Below, piece by piece: positions 17,470 to 35,553 of a stretch of 64,000 nucleotides of DNA. This DNA is from the human T2T-CHM13v2.0 reference genome, Homo sapiens. How positions within the stretch are numbered: the stretch's first letter is position 1; the number at the start of each line of letters is the position of its first letter. The translations under genes and the position numbers were made by a program. The notes under the pieces are model-generated. The model was given only the letters and a program-made list of their open reading frames with translations, was not told the DNA's origin and did no database searches. Location: the NCBI RefSeq assembly GCF_009914755.1, contig NC_060939.1. One strand, written 5' to 3'.

Positions 17470-18089
17470 AATCCAAAATAATCATAGAACAAACTAAAGA
17501 GCCTTCTTGTAAACTTCACTAGGGAACCGTGGACTATGGTCTGACAACAGATCTAAAGACAGAATGGCATTGTCTTATGTGTCTGTGTTGCTTCTGTTGG
17601 CTCAGAACAAGACCATTTACAGGTTCTATTATGCTCAATGGGAACGTGAACCAAAAAGGAAAGTCAGCAGTGTGGCAGAGCTGAAGATTAGCATTAGAGG
17701 CAGCAACATTAAACAAGAGTAGCCAATATAGAGAGTCACAAATAGATGACAAAAATCTATCAAATTTCAGGTGGTGTGGCCCATTATAGGAAAACCAAAA
17801 GCAGATGAAAACTACTGGTTTAACATGATCAGTTTATACTCTGAAAAAGCAACTCTCTATCAAATTTTGTTCTCCAGTAACTTATATTTAGTTCTTAAAA
17901 CTCTAGATGGACCTGAAAAATATTTCCTCAAAAACTCACAGTTCTAAAAAAGATTTTAAAAGTATCTGAAATATGTGAGTCAAAAAAATTAAAATGGAAA
18001 TTTAAAAATACATGGAACAAAACACCAAAAAAGGAAGGGTATATCAGAACATGTGGGATGCAGCTAGAGTGGTATTTAGAAAGACTGAT

Positions 18090-18378
18090 TGATTTTGAGA
18101 CAGAGTCTCACTCTGCTGCCCAGGCTGGAGTGCAGTGGCACGATCTTGGCTCGCTGCAACCTCTGCCTCCTGGGTTCAAGCGATTTTCGTGCCTCAGCCT
18201 CCTGAGTAGCTGGGATTACAGGAACGTGCCACCTCGCCCGGCTAATTTTTGTACTCTTAGTAGAGATGGGGTTTTGCCATGTTGGCCAGGCTGGTCTCGA
18301 ATTCCTGACCTCAGGTGATCCACCCACCTCGGCCTCCCAAAGTGCTGGGATTACAGGCATGAGCCACCATGCCTGGCC
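18090..18378 (-). mobile_element. AluSx-like
   Basis: Full Alu body with cctgacctcaggtgatcc. Confidence 0.9.
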
Positions 18379-20269
18379 GATACTTAGAAGGATTTATAAC
18401 CTCAAACGCATATTAGAAAACAAGGATGATGGAAAATTAGTAAGCTCAGATCTCAACTCAAGAAAGTTGAAAATGAGGAGGTAAAAGAAACTACTACATT
18501 ATTCAATCATTACAGTTAAATAAATAAGAGCTGGGTTCAGATCCTGACTCTCCCACTTACCAATCTGCATTCTTGAGCAAATTATTCAATCTCTCAAAGG
18601 CTCAACTGCTGTTATGTGTAAAATGGAGACAAATACCTGCAGCTAATAGGATTGTTGTGATGATGAAAATAAGATGCACATAAAGTACTCAAAATATTTC
18701 TATAATGCTATTATTTCTAAAATGATCATCAAATCTCTAAACTAGAAGGCATTTTTAATGTTATAGTTCTAAACAGAAAAGGAGACAGCCAACTGTCAAA
18801 AATTTCACTTTAAAATGGTAACTATTACTATCTATATATCTATAGTCAAGAAAGTTGTTACTAACTTGATACAATTCTTCCAGGGGAGTGTACTGGGAAA
18901 AATTTTCTTTGACAGCTGTTAGTTTCTTCTTTGCATTTAGTACTGACCATAAAGTTAGAATTTCTGCCCAGCTTCCTAGCCAGTGCTTGCCTAGGAAGTT
19001 GGGATGATTTCTTTACAGATTTCTAACACAATCTTTGTGCAAGGATACATATCCCAGATGCAAGTACTAAGACATATCAAGTTGATCATATTAAAAATAT
19101 AATACATATGAAGTTGAAATTATGTGAGTTTATGATATAAAATCATAAATTCATGTTTTTCTGGAATTGGAACAGTATTCTGCCTGCAGCAACTTCAGAT
19201 CTGCTTTACTTTAAACACAGTAGAATGGAGAGATTTAAATGTTTACTTTTTGTTTATATGAAATACGAATATGAGTAGGGTGGTTAAATCTGGAGCATTC
19301 AGAGCAGAAATACCATGCCAATATTGTTTCCTCTCTTAAAAAATCAAGTTTTAAACTTTTCTGCCAAAAGTGTTCCTTTCTAGATAGAGGTAGGGAAGGA
19401 ACATGAAAACTTACATTTCTTTAAATAAATAAAAATTTAAACACATCATGTAAGTGGTTCTATCTAGAATTCAGAGATCCAATGTTATGTGCTCAAAAAA
19501 ACAATACCCCTAAGACTGCCTCAACCAGGACAAGAGTTATACAGAATGGCAAATGCTTTCTCAACCTTCTTTTCTCAATAGACTACACAGCCATAACCTT
19601 AAACAGCAACTGTTATAGATAAAACATAATATACATATACATAACAAATGCCAGGTTAGGAGTTAAATGAATTTATCATAGCAAATAATGAATGTGTCTT
19701 TGGGAAGTAGATTAACCAAACTATATTTTCTAATTATTGGAGCCTCCTGTGCATTAATATTGCTATATTTCATCCTGCTGCTCATTTAAAAGGCCAAACT
19801 ATTTCCTTTGTTTGCCAAATCCTGTTTAAGTCTCTTCTCTTTTTGGAAGAGGCCCCAAAACTCAAAGCACAACTATCTGTGGCTCTTTTCTCAAACAGCT
19901 CTCTGCCCGTATTATGAAATTCTCAGGTGGGATTCTGGCTAAACTGAGTTTCACATGAAGGGAAGATTTTACCCATACTCTTGGTTTGAAGCTGAAATTA
20001 TATCCCATCCATGAGACAACACCCCTTTACTAAGATTAGCTCCTGTTTTATTAGAATTCAAGACAACACACTAGTCATCACAGCTATATGTACTGTCTAT
20101 GTTACGCCAGTAACTATGCTGTACTTTATACACACGACCTCATTTAACTATGACAACAACTCTATAGGGTAGAAATGATTCCTATTTTATAGAAGAGAAA
20201 GCAGCGTCTCAGGCAGGCTTGCTGAGTTGTCCAAAATTATACACACCTAGTAAAAGGCAGGTTCTCCCT

Positions 20270-20607
20270 CCCCAGCTTTACTGAGGTATATTTGACACAT
20301 AAAAATTATATATATTTAAAGTATACAATGTGATGTTTTGATATAGGTAAACATTATGAAATAATTACCACAATCAGGCTAATTAACATATCTATCACAT
20401 CACAATTACTTTTTGTGGTGAGAACACTTAAAATTTACTCTCTTAGCAAATCTTAAGTATACAATCCACTCTTATTAACTATAGTCACCATTCTGTACAA
20501 TAGATCCCCAGAATTTATTCATCCAGCATAACAAATTTTGTATCCTTTGACCAACATCTCCCCATTTCCCCCACCTCCCAGCCCCTGGAAGCCACCATTC
20601 TACTCTC
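20270..20607 (-). mobile_element. L1MA 3' end inserted into a MIR
   Basis: cagctttactgaggtata..gtggtgagaacacttaaaat..ctttgaccaacatctccccat. Flanked by the direct repeat aaaaggcagg (~20252 and ~20608), with MIR sequence on both sides. Confidence 0.8.
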
Positions 20608-22244
20608 AAAAGGCAGGCTTCTTAACCTAGGTTGATTCTAAATTCAGCACTTTTTCTATACCACATATGACTCAATATTATTACTGTATTGGTAATATGC
20701 TTTAGCTGAAGTCACCAGTCTGTTAAAAGTCCACAAAGTATATTTATCTTAGAGAAAGATCCCTAAAACAAGATGAGACCTGGTGAAGAGCCAACTGAAG
20801 TTTGTACATATTAAAAAAAAAAAAAAAAAGTATTGTCAATTTTAGCTAACATTAGCTTTTACTCCATGTTGCTAAAAGTATCAGTTTGTACATTAGCTCT
20901 GTGTCTCCTTATCATGAATAATGACAAGCTACACTGTTTAGATTTATTGCTCTATCAACCACTTGCATGTCAATTAGAAAGCCTCTAATGCACACCCACC
21001 ACACACATGCACCAGCTGGAAGCCCTTCAAGGAGACTGACTCACAAAAGAGGCAAGGCTCCGAAATTATTTTTGTTGTTGTTGTTGATGATGTTTCTTTC
21101 TTTTAATTTATGTAACCTGCACTGAAAATTAATACTTTCCAGCTAAAGATTTTGATCTGGCTTTCAGTGAAGTCAATATCTGGTTCCAAATAACTGCTAA
21201 AGGGAAATGTCTAGAGGCAAAGCCAGAAAATGCATTTGGAAGAAAAGCAGGGGCCCTTATCTAGCCTCTGAAGATTTTTCACATGAATGGAGATTCCATG
21301 GCTCAGTAGATGGACTTGGTTCTTTTTAGTGATAGAATATGTAGTCAAAGATTCTTTGAAATCTTAAATTCAAATTCATTCTTAGATATAAGCTCCTCCA
21401 TATTCTTTTAATCAGCCTACCTTTTCTCCCAGGACATATAGGGAACTAAGCAAATGTCTTCTTCACATCTAGTCTAATATGTCCAGAGCAGGTGGGATGT
21501 ATATCACTAGCACACACTTCATTATGTACCTCACATTTTTTGTTCAAAATGTAAATTTAATAACCCAGTTGCTCAACTACAAAGTTAAAAGAATTTTTTT
21601 AAAACAAGGACATTAACTATATTGTGAAACACAATTCAAAAATTTAAATGTAAATCAGAAAAAAAGTGAAATTTCAACCCTTGGCCTTTCAATGTTTTCT
21701 AATTGTAGATTTCAATTATGCAAGATGTATAGGACCTGAAACAAGTTTTTTTTTTCTTAAGAGAATAGTTTCACATTCAAATATAACTTCAGCTGTGCTC
21801 AGTGGCTCACGTCTATAATCCCAACTACTTGGGAAGCTGAGGCAGGAGGATTTCTTGAGTCCAGAAATTTGAGGCTGCAGTGAACTATGGTCTCATGTTG
21901 CCATACTCCAGCCTGAGCAACAGAATAAGACCCCACCTCTAAAAATATTAATAATAATAAATTAAATATAATTTTTATATTTAACAATTTTATAATTAAA
22001 TGCTTTGCATTTACCTAATTTGCTTCTATACCAGTTCAGAGATTTTCCATTGTGGGAAAATACACTTTAAGTGTACCTGAAATTATGAAAAGCCAAGTAT
22101 ATTATTATATACTTACCTAAAACTATTCAGACAGTTAATTTACATTGAAATATTTGTGTCTATGATATCAAAATACTTGAACATGTAATCAAGTCTATTA
22201 CAAAGCTTTGCATTTTAGCAGGTCAAATAAAAACTTTATTTGAA

Positions 22245-23161
<917 letters not shown>

Positions 23162-23499
23162 AACTATCAAAATTTTTTATCAGCAAAGTTCTTTAATTGA
23201 TCCAAGTCAAAACATGCTAAATTATACATTTCTACGTAGAATTTTGGAGTTGTAAGGAACCTTTGAAATTATCTATGCGATCTCTTTATTTCATCAATGA
23301 TAAAAATCAAGGCCCTGGGAAACAGAGCTGCCACCCAAACCTAGGTCTCCTGACTTCCAAGTAGTATTCTTTCCATTCACCAAACTGCCTCCTTTCCCAA
23401 ATCACTAAGAGCTGGCCATTGCTTACACATAGCTTTTCTTGACATTTAATCATAACTTCTATGTCAAGAAGTTTATGAGAGCTACAAAGCAACCAGAGG

Positions 23500-24370
23500 A
23501 AACCAATTTGAAGGTTCCTCAAAAAGTTACACATAGAACTACCATATGTCTCAGCAATTCCAATCCTAAGTATATATTCAAAAGAACTGACAAGAGGGAC
23601 TCAAACAGATACTTGCATGTGAATGTTCATAGCAGCATTATTCACTATAGCTAAAAGGTGAAATAAAACAACCTAAGTACCCATTGACAGATGAATGGAT
23701 AAGCAAAATGTTTACAGATGACTGGACCATAAAAAGGAATTAAGTTCTGATACATGATACAATATGATGAAATGTGAAAATGTGCTAAATGAAAAAAGCC
23801 ATCATAAAAGGACAAATATTGTTTGATTCAACTTTATGAAATATCTAGAATAGGCAAATTCATAGAGACAGAAATAGATTAGCAATTACAAGGGGCCAAG
23901 GTAGAACGTAATAAGTTATTGCTTAATGGGTACAGGATTTCTATTTGGGGTGATGAAAACTTTCAGAAATAGAGTAGTGATGGCTGCACGTTGTGAATGT
24001 GGTTGAAGTCATTAAATTGTACACTTAAAAATCGTTAAAACAACTGGGTGTGGTGCTTCACACTTATAATCCCAGCACTTTGGGAGGACAAGGTGGGTGG
24101 ATCACTTCAGGCCAGGAGTTCAAGACCAGACTGTCAACATGGTGAAACACTGTTTCTATGAAAATTCAAAAATTAGTTAGGCTTGGTGGCACATGCCTGT
24201 AGTCTCAGCTACTTGGGAGGCTGAGGCAGGAGAATTGCTTGAACCCGAGATGGCACCACTGCACTCCGGCCTGGGCAGTAGAGTGAGACTCCATCTCAAA
24301 AAAAAAAGAAAAGAAAAAGAAAAAAAATCGTTAAAACGGCAAATTTTATATTTTACCACAATAAAAAAAA
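23500..24370 (+). mobile_element. L1MB 3' end interrupted by an Alu (24043-24327)
   Basis: L1MB 3'UTR motifs. Alu TSD aaaaatcgttaaaac. Confidence 0.85.
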
Positions 24371-24542
24371 TCACTAGAAACCTTGACAGAAACCATCACA
24401 GAATTTCCCATGTTTAAAAAACTTCATTCTAGAATCTTGTGGTAATTATTAAAAATTATTTACATTAAAAATAATAAGGAAAACCAGGTATAGGATTTAT
24501 AGAAATTCACTGTACTGTCTTCAAAATTTTACTTTAAATTCA

Positions 24543-25212
<670 letters not shown>

Positions 25213-27577
25213 CTCAAAATGTTTATTTAAGAGAAAGCTATCTGAGTTGTGAAGTTCAGACCAAAGACTTATGAAAAACTCATTTAAGCACCTTCTAAAA
25301 TTGTAAGAATTGGAGTAGAGCTTGTAATATGGAAAATAGTAATGCCAGTTAAAAATAAATTTACTATACAACCTAAGATCCTCTAAAATAATCTCACTTT
25401 AAGGAAGTGGAGTATACCCTCCTGTCTCAAATACTATTTCCCAAATTTCCTTTCAGACTAAGTTTGGTTAATATTAATATATAGTTAAACGATGTTATTA
25501 AACTCTTCTTCTCTACACCTCAGTGCTTGTATCTTTGGCCTTGAGGTGAACACAGTACTGAATTACATATGCTAAATGACCAATTATCCATTGAATCAAC
25601 ATTTTCTAGTAAAGTGTCTCATGTTCTTTGACATTCATGTGCCCATTTATCATACCTGAAACTATATGAGAAAATACATTGGTTTTTATAGGAAAAAAAA
25701 AAAACAAAATTACATAGAATAAGAATAGAAATTTAGAATAGTTTTATTTCTTTCAAGTTACCACACCAACACAGCTACGACAAAGACTGCTGTCTACTCT
25801 TATTGATTTTCATGTCAGCTGTTAAATTAGATTCACTATCTACAAGACATGTCAATTTATCATTATTGGTGGCATGCTTTTAAACAGTTACCATATATAT
25901 GTAAAAAGGAATTCAACACTCTCTGAAACTTACAATTTTTAACTTTATATAATAAAATGATAATGGATAAAGAACTTCACTGATATTGGACCTCTGGAAT
26001 AAATGTTTAGAGCAATCAGTCTAGTAAAAATTAGCTGAGAAGACAAACCAAAGATATAATTAAAACTCCTAGTTTTTTGGCAATTAAGTTTTTAACTATT
26101 GTACAACCAAATAATTTATATATACAAACCACAGTTTATAAATTCTACAACTTCTTCTTTGTCGTTTTAAACTTCACTGTATGGGCTTTGATAATCCAGG
26201 CCATGTAATTACCTTTAAGAAGCATGCTTAGGGTTTTTTCTGGAGTACAGGTCCATACAGCATTTCTCTCTGTCCTCTTGGGAACAAAACATCAATTGCT
26301 TTCAGCTAAATGCACTCACATATGAATATTTTAGTACAATTTAATGCTTCTATACCAACCCCAAAGGAACAGAGCATCAATTTGTGAACACAGTTCTCTT
26401 GGAGTTAAAAGCCAAGCTAGATAAAGCACTATGAAAGCAGCTGTCAATCTTCAGCTTTTTAGCAAGTTAGAAAGGCAGCCCATAAATTCAGTCCTAGCTG
26501 TATACAAGTAAGTCTATAAAGTTTGTTCCTACACAGACTTTTCAACAATAGTGAATTTTCAAAAGAGAACCCAGAAACAAAATTTATTATCTTGATACAT
26601 TTTTCAAAAACTGCTTATTCACCTGGTAACTTTAAACTGACTTCTATTCACTTAGTCTCACCATTATGAATGGACAGTTGGTCTGTTAGTAAAATACCAA
26701 AATATACACAAAATAATCTACTCCCACTAAGAAGTTGCACTAAGCGTAAGAACACATTTCCCTGGCATTAGAAAACAGATTCTTTAATAATTGCAATATG
26801 CTTATATGTTCAGGTGGTTAGGAAGGTAAGGTCAGCACCATCAAAAAAGCTAATAGAAGGCAATCTAGAAATAAGTATTAAATGGAAACTACCACCAAAT
26901 ACGCCAACCTTTAAAAGGCCATAGAAATTAAATGCTAGTTGTAGCGTAAATCTGAGACTCTATTAAGTTCAACAAATATTAATGTGCTAACAAAATCCAG
27001 TAAGTGTGTCAAACCTCAGGTAAAGAAATAAGAATTCAATACCTGTTCATAATTTCAAAACAAAATAAAACAAAATCTCTTAGAAAACAAGGATTTATGA
27101 CAGTACTGTAAAAATGGCTAATACACAGCACTTACTATATACCAGGCACAGTTTTTAAGTGTTATATAAATATTAACTCATTTAAGCCTGTTTTACATAT
27201 TAATCTTTAAAATCATTTAATCTTTAATACTACAGTATGAAGTATGAATTATTATTATCACCATTGTATAGTTGAGAAAACTGTGCTACAGAGGGGTTAA
27301 GTGATTTGTCCAAAGTCACACAGCCAGCAAGTGGCAACACCAAGGGCTGAATCCTGGCAACCTGGCTAGAAAGTCTGGATTCTTAACTATTCTATGACAC
27401 TGCCTATTGTAGGGAACTTTTTAAAATCTGATAAAGGGTATCCACTAAAAACAGACAGCCAACATAATACCTATGGTGAAACAATGGAGTAATTTCCTTG
27501 AAATGAAGGACAAGGATGTTTATCCTCACCACTTCCGTTCAACAATGCCACAGCTAACACAATAAGAAAAGAAAATT

Positions 27578-27908
<331 letters not shown>

Positions 27909-29059
27909 TCATTATTCATTATTCCCAGAAGATATGTCTGTGTATGTACAACATCCAAGAAAATCTACAGATAAATTAGTAAGAGCAGTATATAAATATC
28001 AATTGCATTCCTATATATCTACATACTTTTATAACAAAAATTATGAAACTGCCTAAACAAGTGGAGAAATAAAATCATGGTCACAGATAGAAGATCAAAT
28101 GTTGCAAAGATTTTGACTCTTTCCAAATTAATCTATACATCCAATGTTCCTCACTTGAAGAATTTTCGCTATCTGAATATTTGTTACAATATGTACTTTT
28201 TAAACCCAGGAGTCACTATTCAAATTTAAAAAAACAACTATCAAGGATTTGTAGGAGTGCACATTTAAGGTGCTTATGAATCTAAGAGAGACCATCCAGT
28301 CTACTCAGCAGCTGTATCTCAGCTATTTTCCTGACAGGACCATATCTTATGCTCACATTCTATAACCACGAGCAAAAGGAACACAAGGAGACATACATTT
28401 TTTTAGATTTTTTTTCATCTAAGACTGCAGACAATGGTTCACAGCCATCTATTTCTGGACCTCAGGAGTGGAGAAAACTGTCCATCACTTCTTAGGATCC
28501 AATAGTAAGCTCCTTTGCTAGAATCTTTCCATACATTTTGACTCACCACTGAACCGCAACCATGATAACAGCCCCTTCTCCCACTTCTCACCACCAAATC
28601 TAACTCAGGCAACTCTTTAATCAGTACATTTTTTTTTACGTGGTCTTGGTTATTCACTAAGAGTTATTTGCATTCATCATGTATCTTTAACATATTTTCT
28701 CATTGCTTATTTACATTATGGTACGTGTTTGGAGCAGTGTAGAAGAAATAACTGATACTGTACAGTTTCCACACTATTCTGTCCAAAAACATACCAAATA
28801 ATGAGTGTAATAAGTGTTAAGTAACTGGTGTTTTACATGCATAATGCAGATTTTTACATGAACTGGGATTCTTATAAAAGTGTTTTAAGATTTTGTAATT
28901 GAGGGAAAATTATTTGAAGTTTTGAATAGACTGTGAACCAGTTATTAATTCTCCCTATTAAGATAATAAAATATAGGTCTGAGTTCTCTGAAGCTTTAGT
29001 ATCTATACAATTTTAGTAATAGTCTACATCTGGATAATGAGTTATACCTACATTTCCGA

Positions 29060-30110
<1,051 letters not shown>

Positions 30111-30136
30111 TTTAAAATTGTGCTAAAATATATATA

Positions 30137-30769
<633 letters not shown>

Positions 30770-31509
30770 CAGTAATCATTTTAAAATATATAGTTCTGGG
30801 AAACTAAGTACAGTTACCTTGTTATGCAACCATCACCACCCATCTTCAGAACTACCGCCTATCTCAAGAACTGCAAAAGTTTTTTTAAAACTGTAAATAA
30901 GCAAAGTTCAGAGAGCTGTTAAAACTGTTGGTAAATATAAGCTGGAATAACCACTTTGGAAAACAATTTGTCAAAATCTGGTAAAGCTAGATTCTCTACA
31001 ATTAGCAATTTCACCCCAAGGCATATTTCTCTAGTAAAACACTAACATACAAGTAAACATTATTAATAATCTTCATGGTAACATTATTTGTAAGCAAGAA
31101 ATTATAACTACTTAAATAAACAACCATTAATAAGAAAATAGGTAAAGTGTGATAAATTCATATAATAGAATACCATACATAAATGAAATACAAATGAAAA
31201 AAATGCTACCTGCATTAACAAAGATGAACCTCACAAATGTAAGATGGATTGAAAAAAAAGATAAAGAACATATATAGGACATTACTAATGATAATTTCAA
31301 AAATATACACAATAATATTATATATCAGTGCTCCCCAACTTTTTTATACCATGGCACACAGAAGATAACATTTGTATGGTACACGAACAAGGCTGGTCAT
31401 AAAATCCACTGTTCCAAAGGCTGAGAGGATCAACATCTGGTATGCCTCTAAATCATTCATCATATTCATATTGAAAAATCTCAGCTATATACTGCTTAGG
31501 GATCTGTAG

Positions 31510-31885
<376 letters not shown>

Positions 31886-33199
31886 TGAGGGGAGGAAAAA
31901 ATGTGTATTAAAGGAAGAGTACACAAGGGTTTTCAACAGTACTGTAATATTGTTTCTTAAATTCAGGGATGAAAACATTAGTGTTTATTATTTCTATGTA
32001 AATTGTATATATATTTATATTTTCATAAATTTATATATAAACTTTTAAATAAAAAGAAAAGAATGGGAAGGAAAAGGAATACAGCGAATATAAGCTACAT
32101 TTTCAAGCTTAGCCTAGCAAGAGAGGTGAAAGGGGCAGTAGGTAATGAGGAAAAGAAGCTGCTGGGCAGATAAAGGGTTTTCTTTTTAAGACTATAGAAA
32201 AGGGGCCAATAGAGGAGAGACTCTGACTCGGAGGATGGGGTAACTAATGGAACACTGTCTCAAAGAAGGTACAAAATGATGGGGTCCAGAGGAAAAGCAG
32301 ACATATTAGCAAAATTAAAAAGGGAGGCCCTCTTTTTTTATCCACATGTAGATAAGCTGGATTTTTGTTTGTATTGCTTTGCTTATGTAGAAAGTACAGT
32401 AAGTTTACTTGTGAAGTAGAAGGAATGGTCAGTTTCTGAGAGTAAGATAATGATACTAAATAAGGGGTTTTAAAAGGGGTGACAATTTAAAATAAAGTAG
32501 TTGAAATACTAATAGACGACAAAAATCAGAATTCAGTTCCCATAGACACATTTGTAGAGATCTGGGGCTATGCAATTCAACAATTTTCTCTGGACAGTCG
32601 TTCTGATAATGTGCTCAGGGCGCTAGTCATTCCGCACAGGTGTAGTACAGACTGTCTCAGGAAAATGAGAAAGGGCGAGAGCTGAGCTAGTAGCACTCTA
32701 GATATACCACCCCACTTCAACTCCACTTTTTCCCATATTATACATGGGGCTTCCTGATAAAATTTCCTTTGAAGAAGGGTTCTACAACTAGATCACTAGT
32801 CACTACCCTAGAATAAGCCTGAACAGCAGATACGAAATCACATAATTTCTGCCTCTCACGAAAATGCACTTAATATTAGGCAATTAGTGTACACTGAGGG
32901 ACATTATTAAAAACGCAGTCCTATGAAACCACTGTCTTATTTACAGTAAAGGTATTGTTGAGGATGTCAATCAATAGAGCCTTCTTTATAAGGACTCAAG
33001 GGATATATCTCTCTCTCTGATCTTGATACCAGGCCAAATGATACTTCCCATGTGCCATTAGTTTGTTTTTACGTTGGGACACTGTACCTCAGGGCACTGA
33101 TCTTGTTTCCCAATATGAATTGGCTTCTAAAAACCAAATTTGCAGCCCACATCTAGCAAATGGACAGGACCATATAGAATCTTTTTTATTAAGGTGACT

Positions 33200-33385
33200 T
33201 TATTTTTATATAATTAGAGACAGGGTCTCACTCTGTCACCCAGGCTGGAGTGTAGCGTCACAACTACGGCTCACTGCACCCTTGAACTCCTGGGTTTCCT
33301 TCTACTTCACAGGTAAACTTATTGTACATTCTACAACTCAGCCTCCAGTGCTGGGATTATAGGCATGAGCCACCTCACACAGCCA
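33200..33385 (-). mobile_element. Alu monomer (FLAM-like) carrying a 40-nt non-Alu insert
   Basis: Alu sequence is interrupted at 33295-33336. Confidence 0.8.
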
Positions 33386-34429
33386 GAATTTTTATTTACA
33401 CACTCTCACCTCGTTTCAGCCTATCTTTCTAGCCTTTATCTTTCACCTGAATTTTCTCAGGATGACTCAAACTGCTACCATCACTACAGATAAAGCAGAC
33501 TTTGGCTGCCATAGGTAGAGATGCAGGGGGCAGGGGCAAGAACACTGAGAAAGCCTCACTCTGAGGCCCAAGTGCAGAGGATCTGCCTAAGACTGAGACT
33601 AAATAAGAACCAAGAACCATCCCTTACCACAACCATATAACTTAAGACTAAAGAGATGACAACTAAACGCAATACTTGGCCCTAAAGTGGATTCTGTATT
33701 AGGCTAACTGATAAAACTGGAGTATTCCATTAGAAAATAAAAAATTGGAATCAGAATATGAACTGACAAAATTGGGATATGGTATATAAATGTGTTTTGG
33801 TTATATAAGAGAATATTTCTATTCTTAGGAAATACATACTGAGGTCTTTAGGGGTAAAGGGCTATAAATGTTACTATCAACTAGTTCAGAAAAAATGTAT
33901 GTGTATACACACACACACACAGAGTACTTTTTTTTTTTTTTTTTTTAAAGAGATGGGGTCTTGCTGCATTATGCAAGCTGGAGTGCAGTGGCTGTTGATA
34001 GGTATGATCATAGTGTACTACAGTCTCTAACTGCTGGCCTCAAGCAATCCTCCCACCTCAGTCTCCTGAATAGCCGGGACTACAGACGTACACCACGGTG
34101 CTCAGCTGTACTGCTTTTAATTTTCAACTTTTCGTAAGTCTGAAATCATTTCAAAATAAAAAATAAAGAGGAGAAGAAGTCTTTGTTACAATAGTAAGCT
34201 ATGAACTGACTAGTGTTTTCCTATCACTGGGTCTGAATTCTTGCAGAGAGCATGAATCCATAAGCATACTAGGAATTGTTCCATAATCTTTCATATTCAT
34301 ATGTAAATTATTGTGAATGACCCAAAAAAGCATTTAAAAAAATAACAAAATTCACGGCATCCTTTGAGTATTACATATTTTTTTCAAATTAATAAAATAT
34401 TATTTTGTGAGGATAACCAAATCAGACTT

Positions 34430-34916
34430 TGTGTCCCCTTACTTTATGAAGTAGGGAACTTATTACTATTGATCATCAGAAAGAGCAGTGCTGATGATGC
34501 TTTCCATAGCTATTCAAAGTGGCAAAAAATGAGAGGATTTTCAAACAATATAAAGTTGAAAGGAAAGTAGAAAACGAAATCAAGCTTTAAAAGATTCAAG
34601 AGGCTTCAATGGTAGAGAAAACAGACCCAAATTAAATAAGAATAAATGAAAATACTGCGTTCAGCTTTAAAAACAAAGAAATACTGAATTATTCCTAGAC
34701 AAAGGAGATGTGGTTTAATAGCAGGCAATTCAAGTGGGGGAGGGGAGAGATTTTGGATGGCCACAAGTGTAATTCTTGCCAACAGTAGGATATGGCTGCC
34801 AAAAACCTAATGCATTATTAAGTAGCATTAATTAAAATATTATTTAGGGAGATAATAATCCAACTCTGCACTAGTCAGAGCACAAGTGAAGTAATGCATT
34901 CAATTCTGGGCCTCAG
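34430..34916 (+). mobile_element. L3/CR1 LINE RT fragment
   Basis: ggctgccaaaaacctaatgca..ctctgcactagtcaga..cattcaattctgggc resembles the CR1/L3 ORF2 3' region. Confidence 0.6.
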
Positions 34917-34939
34917 GACTCTTGGCTTATGGCCCTAAG

Positions 34940-35553
34940 GGAATAGCTTGTATCAGACCAATCCTCCTGCTGAGAACAACTACAAAATCTGGTTAAAACA
35001 CAGATAGCAACTGTTTAAGTACAATGGAGATCAACTTAGGCAGGCAGCACTGAAGGAGGCAGAATCCTGTAAGGGAGGGAGGCACATTGAAATGAGCCCA
35101 GCATATATCTCCATTTCCTCCCTTGGGGCATTTGCAGATTCCCCACAGGGATAAAAGCCAATCCGAAAGGAGATACTCTGGATAGAAACCTGCAGTCTTT
35201 TTGGTTGAGGAAACACACAAAAGACAGTATTCGTGACTGCCAAACCAGCTGGAAAGTGAGGGAAAAATTCCAGAAGGAGAGAACCACAGAGGGAGAACCA
35301 CAAACTCTGTACATACACTCCACTCAAAACTCTGGCTGACCCCCGCATTAGGCATGTATGAGGTGAGCTCTAGGCTGCCAGGCTAAGACTAAAAGAACTG
35401 AACATAAGGAGATTGAGTCTGGAATTTGAGTTCAGCCAAGTTAACTGCCTGCTAAAACACAAAGTTAATATTCTTAATAGGAATATAACAGAATCCATAA
35501 TCTCTACAACGTATTCAGTGTCTGTACAATATATTACAAAACTATTAGACAAC
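34940..35553 (+). mobile_element. Old L1M 5' region fragment
   Basis: Resembles the L1M 5'UTR/ORF1 lead-in. Appears to continue at ~42975 after the Charlie1 block. Confidence 0.55.
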
